A stretch of DNA of 63,252 nt, the filler included, from Dicyema japonicum (taxonomy: Eukaryota; Animalia; Dicyemida), in the NCBI GenBank assembly GCA_011109175.1. It is 9 parts of 9 records of this genome, joined end to end, with 100 filler letters (N's around TTAATTAATTAA, not from the genome) between each part and the next. Parts side by side here need not be neighbours in the genome. Positions count along the whole stretch, not along the records: positions 12,464 to 15,947 come from RDEW01000333.1; positions 16,048 to 19,758 come from RDEW01000151.1; positions 19,859 to 35,365 come from RDEW01000129.1; 6 more parts are not named here. One strand, written 5' to 3'. The stretch's first letter is position 1. Each line of letters begins with the position of its first letter. Made by a program: the position numbers and the translations under genes. This document shows, in pieces, positions 13,131 through 25,599 of this stretch. A model generated the notes under the pieces. That model was not told the origin of the DNA and did no database searches. It was given only the letters and a program-made list of their open reading frames with translations.

Positions 13131-13306
13131 TGGAACAGCCACGCAGTAAGGGCGGCAGCTAACTGATGCTTTTTCCTTTTTTTATTTGTTTCAATTTATG
13201 AAACAAGATAATAATCAAGAATTTTAATTATAATTGACATATAAATTTTTAATTTTCAAATTATTTAAAAATATAATTTATTTTCTTGCGTTTTTGTGAT
13301 GAAACG

Positions 13307-14330
13307 ATGAATAAGAATAGAGAGTGTAAATTCCTTTTGCAGGACCTGTTCCAATAAAGAACAATAAAGGCAACAAAACCATTCAAGGACAGTCAGGGGA
13401 GGTATCTATTAAATAGTCAAAGTAAACAGATATATCAGTGGAATGAATCCCGACTTTGCAGATGAGGATAACACATCTGGAAGTTAAGTCGAGGATGAAA
13501 AACTCACTAAATCAACCTTTATATCAATCTTTTGTGGGGATCAGCTTGATTTAATGCTGCAAACACCGACTATATAAAGTACCTTCCAAAACTTACCCTA
13601 GGCTTCAAGTGGAGCCAAAACTGAGCATGTGGATGACGAGGAGGACGATGAGGCAATATACGAGTGTAGAATGCTTCTGAAACGTAAAATACTATATATA
13701 GGCCAAAAGAGAGGAGGAAGACGAGATTAAAATCAGGGAAGAAGTAGAATAGAGTGAGTATGAATCAGAGGAAGAGGTCTTTGTAGAGCCTCTATTGCCG
13801 AAAGCAGTGTTTATACCGCTGAAAGAGAGGAATACTCTACAGGAGTTGGACAAGAGGAAAGAATTAGAGATCAGATTGGACGCTCTAAGTCAGGAATTTG
13901 CTAAAGAACAGAGGGAGTCAACGCAGCGGATGATTGAAGAGGCAACCTAGGGGATACATTTACTGAATCCGCTATTTGTGGGCTTATGGACGTCTGTTCT
14001 GAAGATGAGGACGATGAGGTGGCATATGAATACTGGAAGATCCGTGAATTGAGGAGACTGAAAGAAGAGAAATAGGAAAAGGAGCGGTATTACAAGAAGG
14101 CAGAGGTTTAACGGACGAACAGGTGGCGGAGGATTTTAAACAACATGGCTGTAAGATCAATACGAACCAGCAATTGCGTGTAATATGAAAATTTTACAGA
14201 AGTATTACCACGTGGCGGGGGGGGGGCTTTTTACCTGGACAAGATGATGAGGACTTCAAAAGGGATTATAATCAGCTGACGTTGGAAAGTCACTGTAATA
14301 AGCGAGTGTTCCCGCCAGTGAAAAGGTAAT
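13307..14330 (+). pseudogene. MFAP1: MFAP1 (spliceosomal B-complex protein) unprocessed pseudogene
   Basis: PVPIKNNK|GEVSIK*SKVNRYISGMNPDFA; AVFIPLKERNTLQE; AYEYWKIRELRRLK; ILQKYYH; FKRDYNQLTLESH are colinear with MFAP1. Several in-frame stops and frameshifts, with tiny introns retained (e.g. 13370-13396 and a 23-nt one near 13580-13602). Confidence 0.9.
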
Positions 14331-14411
14331 TATTCTGTAATAAAATCCACATCAGAGACTTTAATAGTCTCCACCACGGATTTAGAAATTGCCATCAAAT
14401 TCGAATATTAT

Positions 14412-15720
14412 GATGGAAACGTTTTTAAAGGGATTATTGATTGACGTACGTAGAGAAGAGAGTTCTTTGTCATCAGATCTAACCATCTCCATGTAAGCGT
14501 CCAATGAATCATTTGGAAGCTCGATATATGAAAAATATTCAAATGCTGTTGTCAAAATCTGAACTCGGGACATCTGACATAAGTAAAATGTTAACTTTTT
14601 TATTTCGTGAAGAAATGACATCTCCCACATTATTAAGTATTGAATTATATTTCTTCGTTCTCTCTTCATCAAATTGTGATATGCTCGTCAGAGCTGAACA
14701 TTTGAGGTTATTTCAAGTACATTGTCGTCTTCAGAATGCCAAAGAATAGAAAAAATAGTAAAACTAAATTGAACTCGGTCAACCTTTTTAAAGCAATAAA
14801 CGAACATGAATTATCTTTATACAATTACTATATCGGCTTAATTGATTTGGAACCGAATGAATTTAATAAGATTGATACTTCTATCCGTAGTTTGCTGAAT
14901 AAATATCTTTTTTAGATAAACAATTCTCTGCAATTATGCAGACTTTTTTAAGTAGATTATTCAAGATGAGTTGTCATTGTGGAAGCACAATCTATCTACA
15001 TTGAGTTTCCCAAGATAGGTATCTGCCATCTTCGAGAAGAGACAATTGTTTGTACGTATCTTTTGTTTTTAAGGCAAATTTATGAGGCTTAACCAAACCA
15101 GGAATCGGGTGGTTTTCAGCCCTCACGTAATAAAAGCATGATGTCAATATGTTTCATAAATTTTCCATCACTCCTTGAAGAGAAGGCTAGAAGATCGTTC
15201 ATATCGAATGTCATTCAGCATCTAAAACGATGTTCCATTCCAAAGTCGCAAATTAGAAAATCAAATGCCACAAATTTATATAATGATTGAAATGCAAATG
15301 TAAGTTAATTGTCTAACTGTCTCATATTAATAAATTTTTTCCGCTTTCTTTCAACCGTGCAATTTCCATCACAATTTTGAACCATAAGCCACTACTTCGG
15401 GAATGTATTGTCCGGAAGAGTGTTAACAGTTAATAATAAATACCAGAGGAAATAGTCTCATTTTCTTGGAAGTTCAAAAACCGCGGAAAATGAAGAAAAA
15501 GTTGATTATTGTCAGTATCTGACCCAACTCCTGGTAGGTAAACTGTTATGGAAACTCGAATGGCTCAAACCCGAAGTGTTTAGGCTCACTGAGGTTATAA
15601 CCATTTTCAGAAAGCTAAGTCACATCCAAAATCAACCAAATTGTCAGGAAATGACTTTCATAAAACAGAAACTGCTAGTTTCTTAGCTGATGAAGGAAAT
15701 TAAATTGATCATAAATGATA
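14412..15720 (+). pseudogene. Unidentified decayed protein-coding segment
   Basis: Coding-like stretches (METFLKGLLID...; ORF 14504-14749; EHELSLYNYYIGLIDLEP...) broken by stops and frameshifts. No family recognised. Confidence 0.3.
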
Positions 15721-16048
15721 CCATAAACATGGGGATTTTTATCACTTTTCTGTGAGTGAATCATCCACGGCTCGTTTATTCCCTTTCTCAGTGAGTGAAT
15801 CATCCACCGGCTCGTTTAAGTTGACATATTTACCTGATTTCTTCCGTATTCTAGACATGTCAGAACTCTCCTGAGTCTCCTTTTTATTTGTATCAATCGA
15901 TTTCTTCTTTTAAGTTACAGATCCGTCAGTTTGTTCGTCTTCTTTAGNNNNNNNNNNNNNNNNNNNNNNNNNNNNNNNNNNNNNNNNNNNNTTAATTAAT
16001 TAANNNNNNNNNNNNNNNNNNNNNNNNNNNNNNNNNNNNNNNNNNNNT

Positions 16049-16560
16049 GTTCCACAAGGTTCAATTTTGAGTCCCTTCCTTTTCAACTGTATAATGAGCG
16101 AGGTGCCAAAACCAGAACACATCAATACCAAAATGATAATTTATGCAGACGACATTCTAATTTTGGACACTAGTTAAATAAATCAATATCATGGAAAAGA
16201 ACAGTAGCTCATATGCCGAAAATCGAAGATCGGTCTCGGAATAATGGATCGACATTATCAAGAGAAAAAAGTTCTGTAACCTGAATAGCGAGAAATAGGA
16301 GGAATCGATATGTTGATACATAAAATGTTAAATTTTCGAAAAACCTGATATACCTTGGAGTTTGCATTAACAAAAAGGATCGTTTAAAGAGCACATCAAA
16401 ATACGAAAAGAGAAAGCTACGGGACTGCTCAAGTCCCTACTACGCTTTCATTTGTCTCAAGATACTTTTATGTTTGTCTACAAAACGTGTATTGAACCTT
16501 TCATAATATATGGACATCAAGGTTTGTTTATAACAGAAGAGAAATCAGTCCTACTAATAA
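16049..16560 (+). mobile_element. CR1/Jockey-like RT fragment
   Basis: VPQGSILSPFLFNCIM...IIYADDILI...LIYLGVCI...VYKTCIEPFIIYG. Confidence 0.85.
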
Positions 16561-17061
16561 ATTAGGAAAGACAAGAAAGTATGTAATTAAACTCGCACAT
16601 GGATTGGATTTAGCATCTGAAATTGATGACAAATACTAAAGAAAAACGATAAGAATCTGTGATTTATTACATTGCTTGTGGAAACTTGCATTGTAATTGG
16701 GGCTTTTTACGGAGAAAAAATATACGGTGCCTCATGAGAGTGCCCCGATATAGACGACCACAAATCTTGGCTTTCCTCGTTAGTTAATGGCTCTTACCTT
16801 GTTTAATTAGTTGGGATTTTGCGAATAAGTTATGTTATCTGTTATACTATAATGAAATGTATTCATATAAAACGTGATATTGTATTTTGATTTATCGTTT
16901 TGAACATGTAATTTTGTTGTTCAAAAATGTTAAAGCATTGGAGTCATATTTTTTAGTTTGTGTACTTACATTTTTGAAAATTTTTAATTTATTCTTGTGA
17001 AAATGACTATTCCTATAATTTCTTGAAAGATCGTCTGTATTATATCCCCTAAAGTATTATA

Positions 17062-17247
17062 AAAACTTACTTATTATTATTTATTACAAATTCATAATGT
17101 GACATAATTTCACTACATTCTAAACTAAAATAAAAAAATAGGTTTATACTAATTAAAACTTACTTATTATTATTTATTACAAATTCATAATGTGACATAA
17201 TTTCACTACATTCTAAACTAAAATAAAAAAATAGGTTTATACTAATT
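17062..17247. repeat. Tandem duplication, 93-bp unit x2
   Basis: Units start at 17062 and 17155 and look identical. Confidence 0.9.
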
Positions 17248-17529
17248 ACGTGCTAATGATTACTCTGTAATTCAGATATTTTCAATTTTTTCAAAATTAT
17301 AAACTAATAATTTGATTCTGTTTTTAGTTTTATCAATAAAATCGTTTTTTTTAATTCTATAATATTAAGTAATTAAAACGTCGAATATTATTTCGTATAA
17401 AGTTATTCGGATAAATGTATTTTCACTTTTAGTTATCTCATTATCTCTTTAAAAATTTTAAATTTTTTGACAAACCTTGTCGAATCGCTAAAATTTGCAA
17501 ATATTATTGTGAATGAATTAGTACTCCGC

Positions 17530-18550
17530 GGTTACAGGCAGTTATTCCGAGCGTATCCAGATCATCTCCAGTTTTCAGCTTTCGTCCTACATTGGTCAGG
17601 TCCTTGTTAGAACCTCTGGCAAAGTTATGCGAGGTCTCCACGGAACGAGGCATTCACTTCTGTGCAGAAATTGTTATCCTTTGCTATTTTAGCAGGCGTC
17701 ATCTGGCTCATTTGAAGGATGTGACCAAACAGACGCCATCTTGATTCCATGATATCCAGACTCAATGGTCTTGTATTACATACTTTGTATAGATTCTTGT
17801 TTGTAATTTTTTTGGCCAGTTGATGCCAAGCAACAGTCGGAGTTGCTTACGATGGAAGGCATCTAGTTTGTCCATTACCGCTTCTGAGACACCCCAGGTT
17901 GCAGCGTTGTACATTAGGACTGGTTTCACGAAGGCATTGTATAGTCTCACACGTAATTGTGTGCTAATTTGTTTACGATGATTCCAGACTACTCCCATTT
18001 TTCTAAAGGCCGCGACGGCCAACATCTTCCTGTTAGTGATATCCTCAGCGTCTCCGAGCAACGACCCCAATTTTTTACAGTATCTCCATTTTTCATCAGT
18101 TCGGGTTAGTTCACGGCGTATGGTAGTTGTCTCCGTCTTTTCCGTATTGATTTTGATAAACCATTTTTCTAGGACATCTGACATCCTTGTCCGTATATAG
18201 TTTAATGTTTTCTCGTCGCTGGACATATAGTCGATATCATTTGCATAAATCACTTCAGTTTGAGGTAGATCGCCTATTAATAGTCTGAAGTTTCTGAGTG
18301 CCGCCTCCAGATATGTCACAAAAAGTACCGGTGACAAGGAATCTCCCTGCGGTACCCCGAACGTTGTCTCGAATGGGACAGACTCCAAATTTCCAAAACG
18401 TACACTTAGCTGCGTTGTTCCAAGTAATAGAGGGATCATTCTGACACTGTCCTCGTCAACCAACTTCTCCAAGATATCCAAAAGTCTCCCTTTGTGTATA
18501 GAGTCAAAGGCTTTGGACATGTCCATGCCAAGGATGCCAATAGCCCCCTT
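17530..18550 (-). mobile_element. RTE-like LINE, 5'-truncated, RT to C-terminus
   Basis: 254-aa ORF with DMSKAFD, GVPQGDSLSPVLF, YANDID (YADD variant) and LYNAFVKPVLMYN. After a frameshift it continues RWRLFGHIL...FRGRPRITLP. Confidence 0.95.
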
Positions 18551-18569
18551 GTATGTATAGTGTATAACT

Positions 18570-19150
18570 GAAAACCTAATCGGCCAAATGTCCTAGTACC
18601 GTAGGGGTGTGTCTGCTAAACGTCTGTTGGCCAAATGTCCTAGTACCATGAGTCACATGCATTGGAAATGTATGGCTCGATATATTGCGGGTAAACCGTT
18701 TCAATAAAAGTGAGTGAAGTCAAACCTCAAATAACCTGAAAGTTTAACTCCTCGTGAAGGGAATTTCACTTCAGCAATCATTCGATGAAGAAAGAACAGA
18801 CAATGTATGAATTTAACCGTTAGTTTCTTACAGAAAAGGAAAATTCAAGGGTGGTGGCGTATCTCTGTTGCACGAAATGTCTCGCTTTATAATGGATGAT
18901 AACCATTGACTTCTTTCTTTCGGGAGCATCGATGAGGTTACGAACTCAGGAGATACCTGAAACCCGAATTTCTGGAAGGAGAAATTACCAACTTTATCTG
19001 TCTATTCTTTGCAAGATAATATTCACAAGCACGTGCTACTTCAAACAGATGATAGGATTCAAACCTGGATTCTATTTTCATCCAAACTTCCTTTGTTGGT
19101 AACTTCTGATCTCTTCTGAGTCCATTCTCCCGAAACAAGGGCTTTTATCC
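18570..19150 (-). mobile_element. Possible Mutator/MULE (FLYWCH-type) remnant
   Basis: 19-bp direct repeat GGCCAAATGTCCTAGTACC (18582 and 18629) as in subterminal repeats, with weak FLYWCH/MULE-like translation in 18800-19140. Confidence 0.35.
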
Positions 19151-19336
19151 ACCATGAAGGGAATTAGATATTTTATTTATCCCCACCTTAACCTTCCACC
19201 AATTAACTATTAAAGTGTTTAAGCACCGACCAATAAAACTAATATTCCTAAGCGAAATTTCTGTGGCAACAAAATCAATAAATAGCAAATAAATTGCATT
19301 TTATAAGAATTATTCAAAACAATAAATTGTGTTGTT

Positions 19337-19758
19337 ATGAATGACGTGGAGGAAAGATATACCGTCCATACCAAGCAAGAATGTAATAATGAAGAGATTT
19401 TGAAGGAATGTGAATTATTTATCCAAGAAGAAACTCTTTTGGCGGACGTATTGGGTGAGTTTATAAGTTAGATGATAAACCATGTTCACATGTTGGAAGA
19501 AGAACGCAAATGGAGGGCATATGAAAGAAAGTACAAAAATTGGATTTCTGTAACAAAAACTAAATAAATAGAAATATCCCCCAGTTCAGCTCAAGGATGC
19601 TTCCAACAAAGACTTTCAGGGGGTAAGTAAGCTAAGACAACGTGAGTATGGCAAATTTTTGAAACACATTAATAAACGGGTAACATGGTAGTTTTTCCAC
19701 AGTTTTGGAACGTGTATTTGAATATGACGAGTATTGAGGACTACGATCCTTATGAAAG
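19337..19758 (+). CDS. Hypothetical protein, 5' part (truncated by gap), 3 tiny introns
   Basis: ATG at 19337. Removing GT-AG introns 19448-19471 (24 nt), 19550-19571 (22 nt) and 19680-19702 (23 nt) gives an open frame MNDVEERYTV...KYPPVQLKD...FWNVYLNMTSIEDYDPYE. Confidence 0.7.
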
Positions 19759-19989
19759 NNNNNNNNNNNNNNNNNNNNNNNNNNNNNNNNNNNNNNNNNN
19801 NNTTAATTAATTAANNNNNNNNNNNNNNNNNNNNNNNNNNNNNNNNNNNNNNNNNNNNTACAATCTTTTTTATTTTAATGAAATTTTTTTAATATTAGAT
19901 TTTTTTAACAAATAAGAGAACAAAAACAAACACATTAAAAAGGGTGAGAATTTTAATTTTATAATAAAAAATTTAATGCGATTTTTGGC

Positions 19990-21522
19990 ATTGTAATTCT
20001 CATGCAATTATTTCGAATTCTGACTCATATGATCATATTGCTATTCTAATGCAATCCCCAAGGTGGTCATCTGTTAAACGGCTCCTGTATTGAGATTTTA
20101 TCACTTTCTCGTTTGAAAATGATGTTTCGGATAAAGCACGAAAGAATTCGTTGATACGCATCAATCAAAATGGGATATTTTTCTGGAGACAAAAATTTCC
20201 ACATGATGAAATTTGAATCTATTTTAAAATGAAGAATTTTTTTTGATTTATATTTTTTATGAATCCGTCTTGGATCAAAGTCAGAAATCTTTCTAAATTT
20301 TTCTGAATTTTTTCGATGTCTCTCTCCATGAACGGAGAAGCAAAGAAAGTGCATAAAAGAGTAATTTTCTTGAAATCGCCAAATCTGTGATTAAACTCGT
20401 TCATTATATTTTGTAGTACCACAACAAGTTCTTTGACATAATGATTTTTATTTATAAGTTGTTTTGTGAATTCATCTTATTAGGGTGCCATAGCGGTTAG
20501 GTGTCGGGCAAAGTGGCTTAGGTCACGGGTTCGATTCTAGCTGCTGTTCACCTGGTGAAAGGTTCACGCATTTACGATGCTAAAAAGGGTTTGACGAGTG
20601 ACACCGTCATTAGTGGACATTCACTGCGGAACTGGATAGTCTAAAAGGACATACACCCAAGAAAAAAAAAAGAAGTGAAGAGCATTTTTTGATTTTCCCT
20701 CGATAGCTATTATTACTGTTCTTTGCTTAAATAAAGTGTGTGTTCTGCCTGTGGGTATCGATAACTGATATGGCTCCTCTAAAAGTGCGAACATTAACAT
20801 TTTATCTTCAATATTATGAAAATGGGTAAATTTTCTTTTTGGATTTGAGATATCCACAATTCTAACTTCATTTTGGAAGAATTAATTGATCATATCAAGA
20901 ATATATTCATTGTTGCCCTGTAATTCTAAATTTAGTTCATTCAGTTTTGTGTCAGAATCTGTTAAAAATGCCAAGTTTAAAAGTCAATCATGATTATCAA
21001 GAAAATGCCAATCCTTATTTTTCTGTTGAAAATTCTTTAATATATGGTAGTAATTCTTTGAAAAAGTGAGAATTAATCCCTTGCTTAACTATCTTGTGTC
21101 ACAATGCAAAGGTAGATCGCCATAGCATCGACTTGTTTTATAAAAATTCGAAATTATTTTCTTTGTAGGGCCTTATCACGAATAGAATTAATAATTTTAA
21201 CGGTTGTCTGCATAACATAGTTAAAATTTAACATTTTTCCACATAATGGATGTTGGTGAATGATGCAATGATATGTGAAAAAATTCGGGAAATGATCGTC
21301 TTTCGGACAAAATTCAAAAATCCATTTTGATTTCCAATTTTGTTGAAAGAATTATAGATACATAAAATTATTGAAAATAATTCTTCCTTGACAGTTAAAT
21401 CATGGATTTTTTTTATTTTTTAAATAACACAGAAGCTAACTTTTTTCGCATTGTTTTGTTAAAAATCAATCGATTGCGATCGACCAAAAATCTCGCCGCG
21501 ATCGATCGGTTTGCCACCCCTG
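19990..21522 (-). mobile_element. hAT (Charlie/Buster, GTF2IRD2-like) DNA transposon, decayed and internally deleted
   Basis: Terminus CAGGGGTGGCAAACC at 21522. Transposase motifs HCIIHQ, YGDLPLHCDTR*LSKG, LAFLTD..LNELNLELQG and WKFLSPEKYP. Interrupted by a SINE. Confidence 0.9.
20483..20800 (+). mobile_element. SINE family 1 inserted in the hAT transposase
   Basis: B-box GGTTCGATTC, with the same core, A-tract and 3' domain as 4612-4930. The hAT reading frame continues on both sides. Confidence 0.85.
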
Positions 21523-21779
21523 CTGTTAGAACTATCTTCATCAACTTTTCTTGTGTAATATCAGGTTATCATAACACCCACGTGGGCGAGATCTTGAAAG
21601 AAAAGGTCGAAAATTGTGATTTTTTATATTACAGTTAAAAATGCGATTTTGGAGATTAATTCGACGATAGAAGTCACGTGTCCCCGGCCGAAGAACATGT
21701 TGATAAAAATGGAAGAGAGGGAACCTACTTCTCGACCTCTCTTCAGAAGCGAAAGTCTGTAATGGATTATTAAAGGGTG

Positions 21780-22480
21780 AATTTGGTCTTCACAAGCAGA
21801 CGTTCTCCTTATGTCCCCACCTTGGATTAAATTAAAAAGTTCAGTATTAAAACTACTTTATTAAATGTCGACATACTTTGTGGCACGCATCTATAAAAAA
21901 GTTCTCCAATCCTTGCGATGAAAAACAGTCATATAAAATTATGTTTCCTCCTCCATGCTTCACTGCTGGTATGGTGAATTTTTGCCATATTTTCATTTTT
22001 TTTCCTCCAAAAATATTTGTTATAATTCAGGCCAAAAATTCAATTTTGGTTCATCCGACAACAAAATATTCATTATATATTCAAAATCTTTATTCAAAAC
22101 ATTTTTAATGAATTTTTGTCGCTCCAATATATCGACTTTTTAGTAGAGGAACACGAAATGCTATCTTTCTAGAACATTAGTTATTGTAGATACGCCGAAA
22201 TTTATTCCCATGGTCTGTAAATGATTCACCAAGATGTAATTCTCGGCTCATTTATTAGAATTCTTTTCATCCTTGAGAGAGAACGGGTAGATATTTTTAG
22301 TGCGCCAGATCTCGATTTATTTTAGATAGTCCCTCGTTCTTTCCAAAGGACTATTATATTTTCCACTGAACTTTTTGGAATGCTGAATAGTTCTGAAATG
22401 TTAAAGCGTTATCGAGCGGCTGCCAACCTTTTATTGAAAATTCATAAAACTAAATAATTGAAATGGATGAGATCGTCTTA
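21780..22480 (-). mobile_element. Tc1 transposase fragment
   Basis: Minus strand LSDEPK...[21 protein letters not shown] matches the Tc1 WSDE / VKHGGG-MVWGCF motifs. Confidence 0.8.
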
Positions 22481-23009
22481 TGTACTTTAGAAGGACATTT
22501 TTCGTCAAGGTCGTCAACATTTTTTGACCTTCCAATTGAACTAAATTCAATTAAATGTACTCTTTTATGTAATCTTTCATAAGATTTGTCAATCATTTTA
22601 GCATAAAATAACTAATTTATTCACAATGAAATTTTATTCAAAAAGTAATTGATAGATGACACAATCTTAGACGAAAAAAACAAAAACAAATGACACAAGA
22701 AGAGCCAACTGTATATTCATATATTTTATCATAGGTATTGAGTTATGCAACATCGATCGTTTTAGAAGGCGGAGATCAAGAATTTTTAATTAATGGTTTT
22801 TTTTTAAATTATTAAATATTTAAATTTATTTTAAATAATTAAATAATATAGCATGCAACCTTTGTGCGACAACGAAAACACACCTATACTGACAATTGAC
22901 GTTGGCCCAAGAAGAGGAGATTAGCTAATTAATTAATTACTTGTGACTCGTTGTTTCGTTAAAATATTTATTTATGTTTAGCATGCAACTTTTTGATGGG
23001 ACCGGCTAA

Positions 23010-23460
23010 AAAATAAACAATGTGTGCTGTTCTACGTGCAATGAATTCTTCTATGCACGACTAATTAAAGTCGCAGTAAAATGTCACCACGACTGGTACT
23101 GCGCAGTTGTCCCACCGCATGGGAAATCAAGCCCTTTCTTCATCTGGCACGTATGGAGATCTCTATATCTCCTTTGCAACAAGAAGCCAAATCAGAACAT
23201 TGTTCTTAAATTCTCCAACTCGCGGAAATTCCAGATACCTTTACGGATAATTAAGCTGGAAGAAAAAAATGAAAAGATAGTCCAGAGACGTCATTACCTC
23301 ATAATATGATGATACGAGAATAATAGGAAATATGGTATAAAATTCACATTTGCAACGAATACCGCCACTTGAGCTTTGTAAGGATGAGTAAATCATGTGC
23401 AAGAGCTCTTTCTTTATGTCATAGCGCAAAGTGAATAAACAATGGACCCCGAGGAGAACT
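23010..23460 (+). mobile_element. Possible PHD-type LINE ORF1 remnant
   Basis: CCSTCNEFFY...DWYC and NIVLKFSN resemble CR1/L2 ORF1, upstream of family X pieces. Confidence 0.3.
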
Positions 23461-23799
23461 TACCGACAAATCTGACCCGTTCTCGAGCAGTTATTTATAA
23501 AATGAAACAAAATAGAAAATGCGACCGTCTTGTCCATGAATATTGTACAGGGAGAACACAATGAGTTAGAAGCGTAATATTTCAAAATCTGCAAACCAGT
23601 TATAACAAAATTTACTGATTCATTAAAAAAAACATAATTCAGATATCTCCATGATTTTTTATCCTCGAAAAAATTACAACAAAATGTCAAATAGTGACAT
23701 CGAGACTGCTACTCCAAGATTGCGACAACCTTCACCGGTGCTAAAAAGTTCGACTGGAAATAGAAGACGAATGAAAAGCAAATAATGTCAGTAAAGAGG

Positions 23800-23985
23800 A
23801 TTTAATGTTACAGAGCCATGGACTTGTAGAAAAGTATCTTTTTTAATGAAATCCCTAATCCGTAAGAACCGATGTTGCAGTGCTACGAGCATCCAGTATA
23901 CTCCGATACGTGCTTGTGTGGGCTCAAAGAAGGAACATCTGATCAAGTTGATGTTTCATCTGGAACATGTCGGGATAACGTGAGT
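23800..23985 (+). mobile_element. Family X LINE 3' end
   Basis: YEHPV..PIRACVGSKKEHLIKLM...GIT*, homologous to the other family X ends. Confidence 0.55.
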
Positions 23986-24299
23986 AATATTTGGAATTTT
24001 TATTAATTCATTCATAAAAAATATTATTGTTTAAGCCCCAGTCTTTTTAGGCAAAGAAACCAATAGCTTACAGAAAAGTAACAACCAAACACAGACGTTC
24101 CAAGGGACAGGGTAAGATCACTAAAACAGAAAAATACTTTAGTAAAAAAATAAAGATGCTAAGAAAAAATAGAAGTTCCAAGAGATCATCGTAGTCAATC
24201 AACATATATGGCTTGTTTCCCGACTTAAAATCGATATAAAGAGATAAAGTTTTTTTTCTTTTTTGGATAACGGAGGTACATTCTTAGCAAAGATCATGT

Positions 24300-25350
24300 C
24301 TCTCATCTTACACAAACCTATCACACTTTTCTATATAAAAAATATTAATCATATGTGGGGATTTCAAAGCAAGACACCCACCTTGGGTAACCTCATAGTC
24401 TCCGACAACTAAGGTGACCTTATCGCAAGTAATTACTGTGACCTTTTTTCTGAATGACTCAAAAAACCACAAGAACTCCACTAAGAAGCAACGGGATATG
24501 CACATTTTTAGATCTGTGTCTTTTTTATTAACTGGACTTATTACATGTAAATTGAATTATGATTTCTATTCTTACTATTCTTAATGTAAGGAAATTTTGA
24601 CGTTCACAGATGGCTTTTGGAAACCAGAAAATTTAAGAGCAACAGAAAAGTGGACTGGTCAGACTTCAATAATTTCATTGACAAGGAACTGATGTAATGA
24701 ATTTTCGTCGCATTTGTGGATAAGACCGTGAAAATTATCACTGCGGTAATTCAAAAAACTGACAAGATTTTCATTTCTATTTTCTCACTCGGCCTCATGA
24801 GACGTTGAAAACTCTTGAAAAGACACCTTTGAATAACATCAGGAAGTTAAATAAAAAAACCGGAAATAGCTTCATCTGGTCAGTACCTCAATAAGAAAAG
24901 CTCCTTACAATATTTCTTGAAAAGACTAAAACAGTTTGAGGGTGCAAATGGAATAATACAACTTTCCTCATAGCACTGCATCATATGCATTTAATCTACT
25001 CATGAAAAACAACGTAGCGGTCAGTATCAAGGTTTATACAAGATACCAGAACGTCATGGTGGATCCTCATAAACCAAGTAGACGACTGTAGTATAAATTA
25101 TTTTCAGATAACGGATCGAAGACCTCATATTTCCGCGGTCTAGAAAAAGTATCATCGACACATTTGAAATATTTGAGTTACTAACAATCTCATACATCAC
25201 ATAGATCTTCACTTCGATTCCAATATGGTCTTTGTACGAAAGATCGAAATTAAGAACGGGGGGGATGTCTTAGATTTTGAAACTGAAGCGAACATTAAGT
25301 AACTTTTCGGTGCCAGGGCACACAAAACGTTCCGGGTGGAACCGAAACGA
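24300..25350 (+). mobile_element. APE endonuclease/linker fragment of a Jockey/CR1-like LINE
   Basis: IICGDFKARHPPW (GDFNA motif) and RKVDWSDFNNF (ADW motif). Decayed. Confidence 0.65.
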
Positions 25351-25599
25351 ATGGACCCTGTCTTACAAGTCTTCTAAGTCCCTTTAGACTTCGTAGATGA
25401 TGATGACACACGGGACACGATTTACCTCGACAAGGTTAGAGTGAGTTACTTTAAGTTTGTGTAGCTCGGGAGCAAAATGTAGCTATGTGTCAAAGATTCG
25501 GTCATACAAACTCTCACTGACTTATAAAAAACAGTGCCTTTCTTGCGGAGCCCACATTCACGCAAGGCCTTCAATCTAAAAAGAGGTCTGTCAAATGAA

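Noticed and set aside
13400-14080. In-frame TAG codons in MFAP1 suggesting stop-codon reassignment
   Set aside because: The same copy has several frameshifts. Intact NOC2L and FBXO47 need no readthrough, and FBXO47 ends in TAG.
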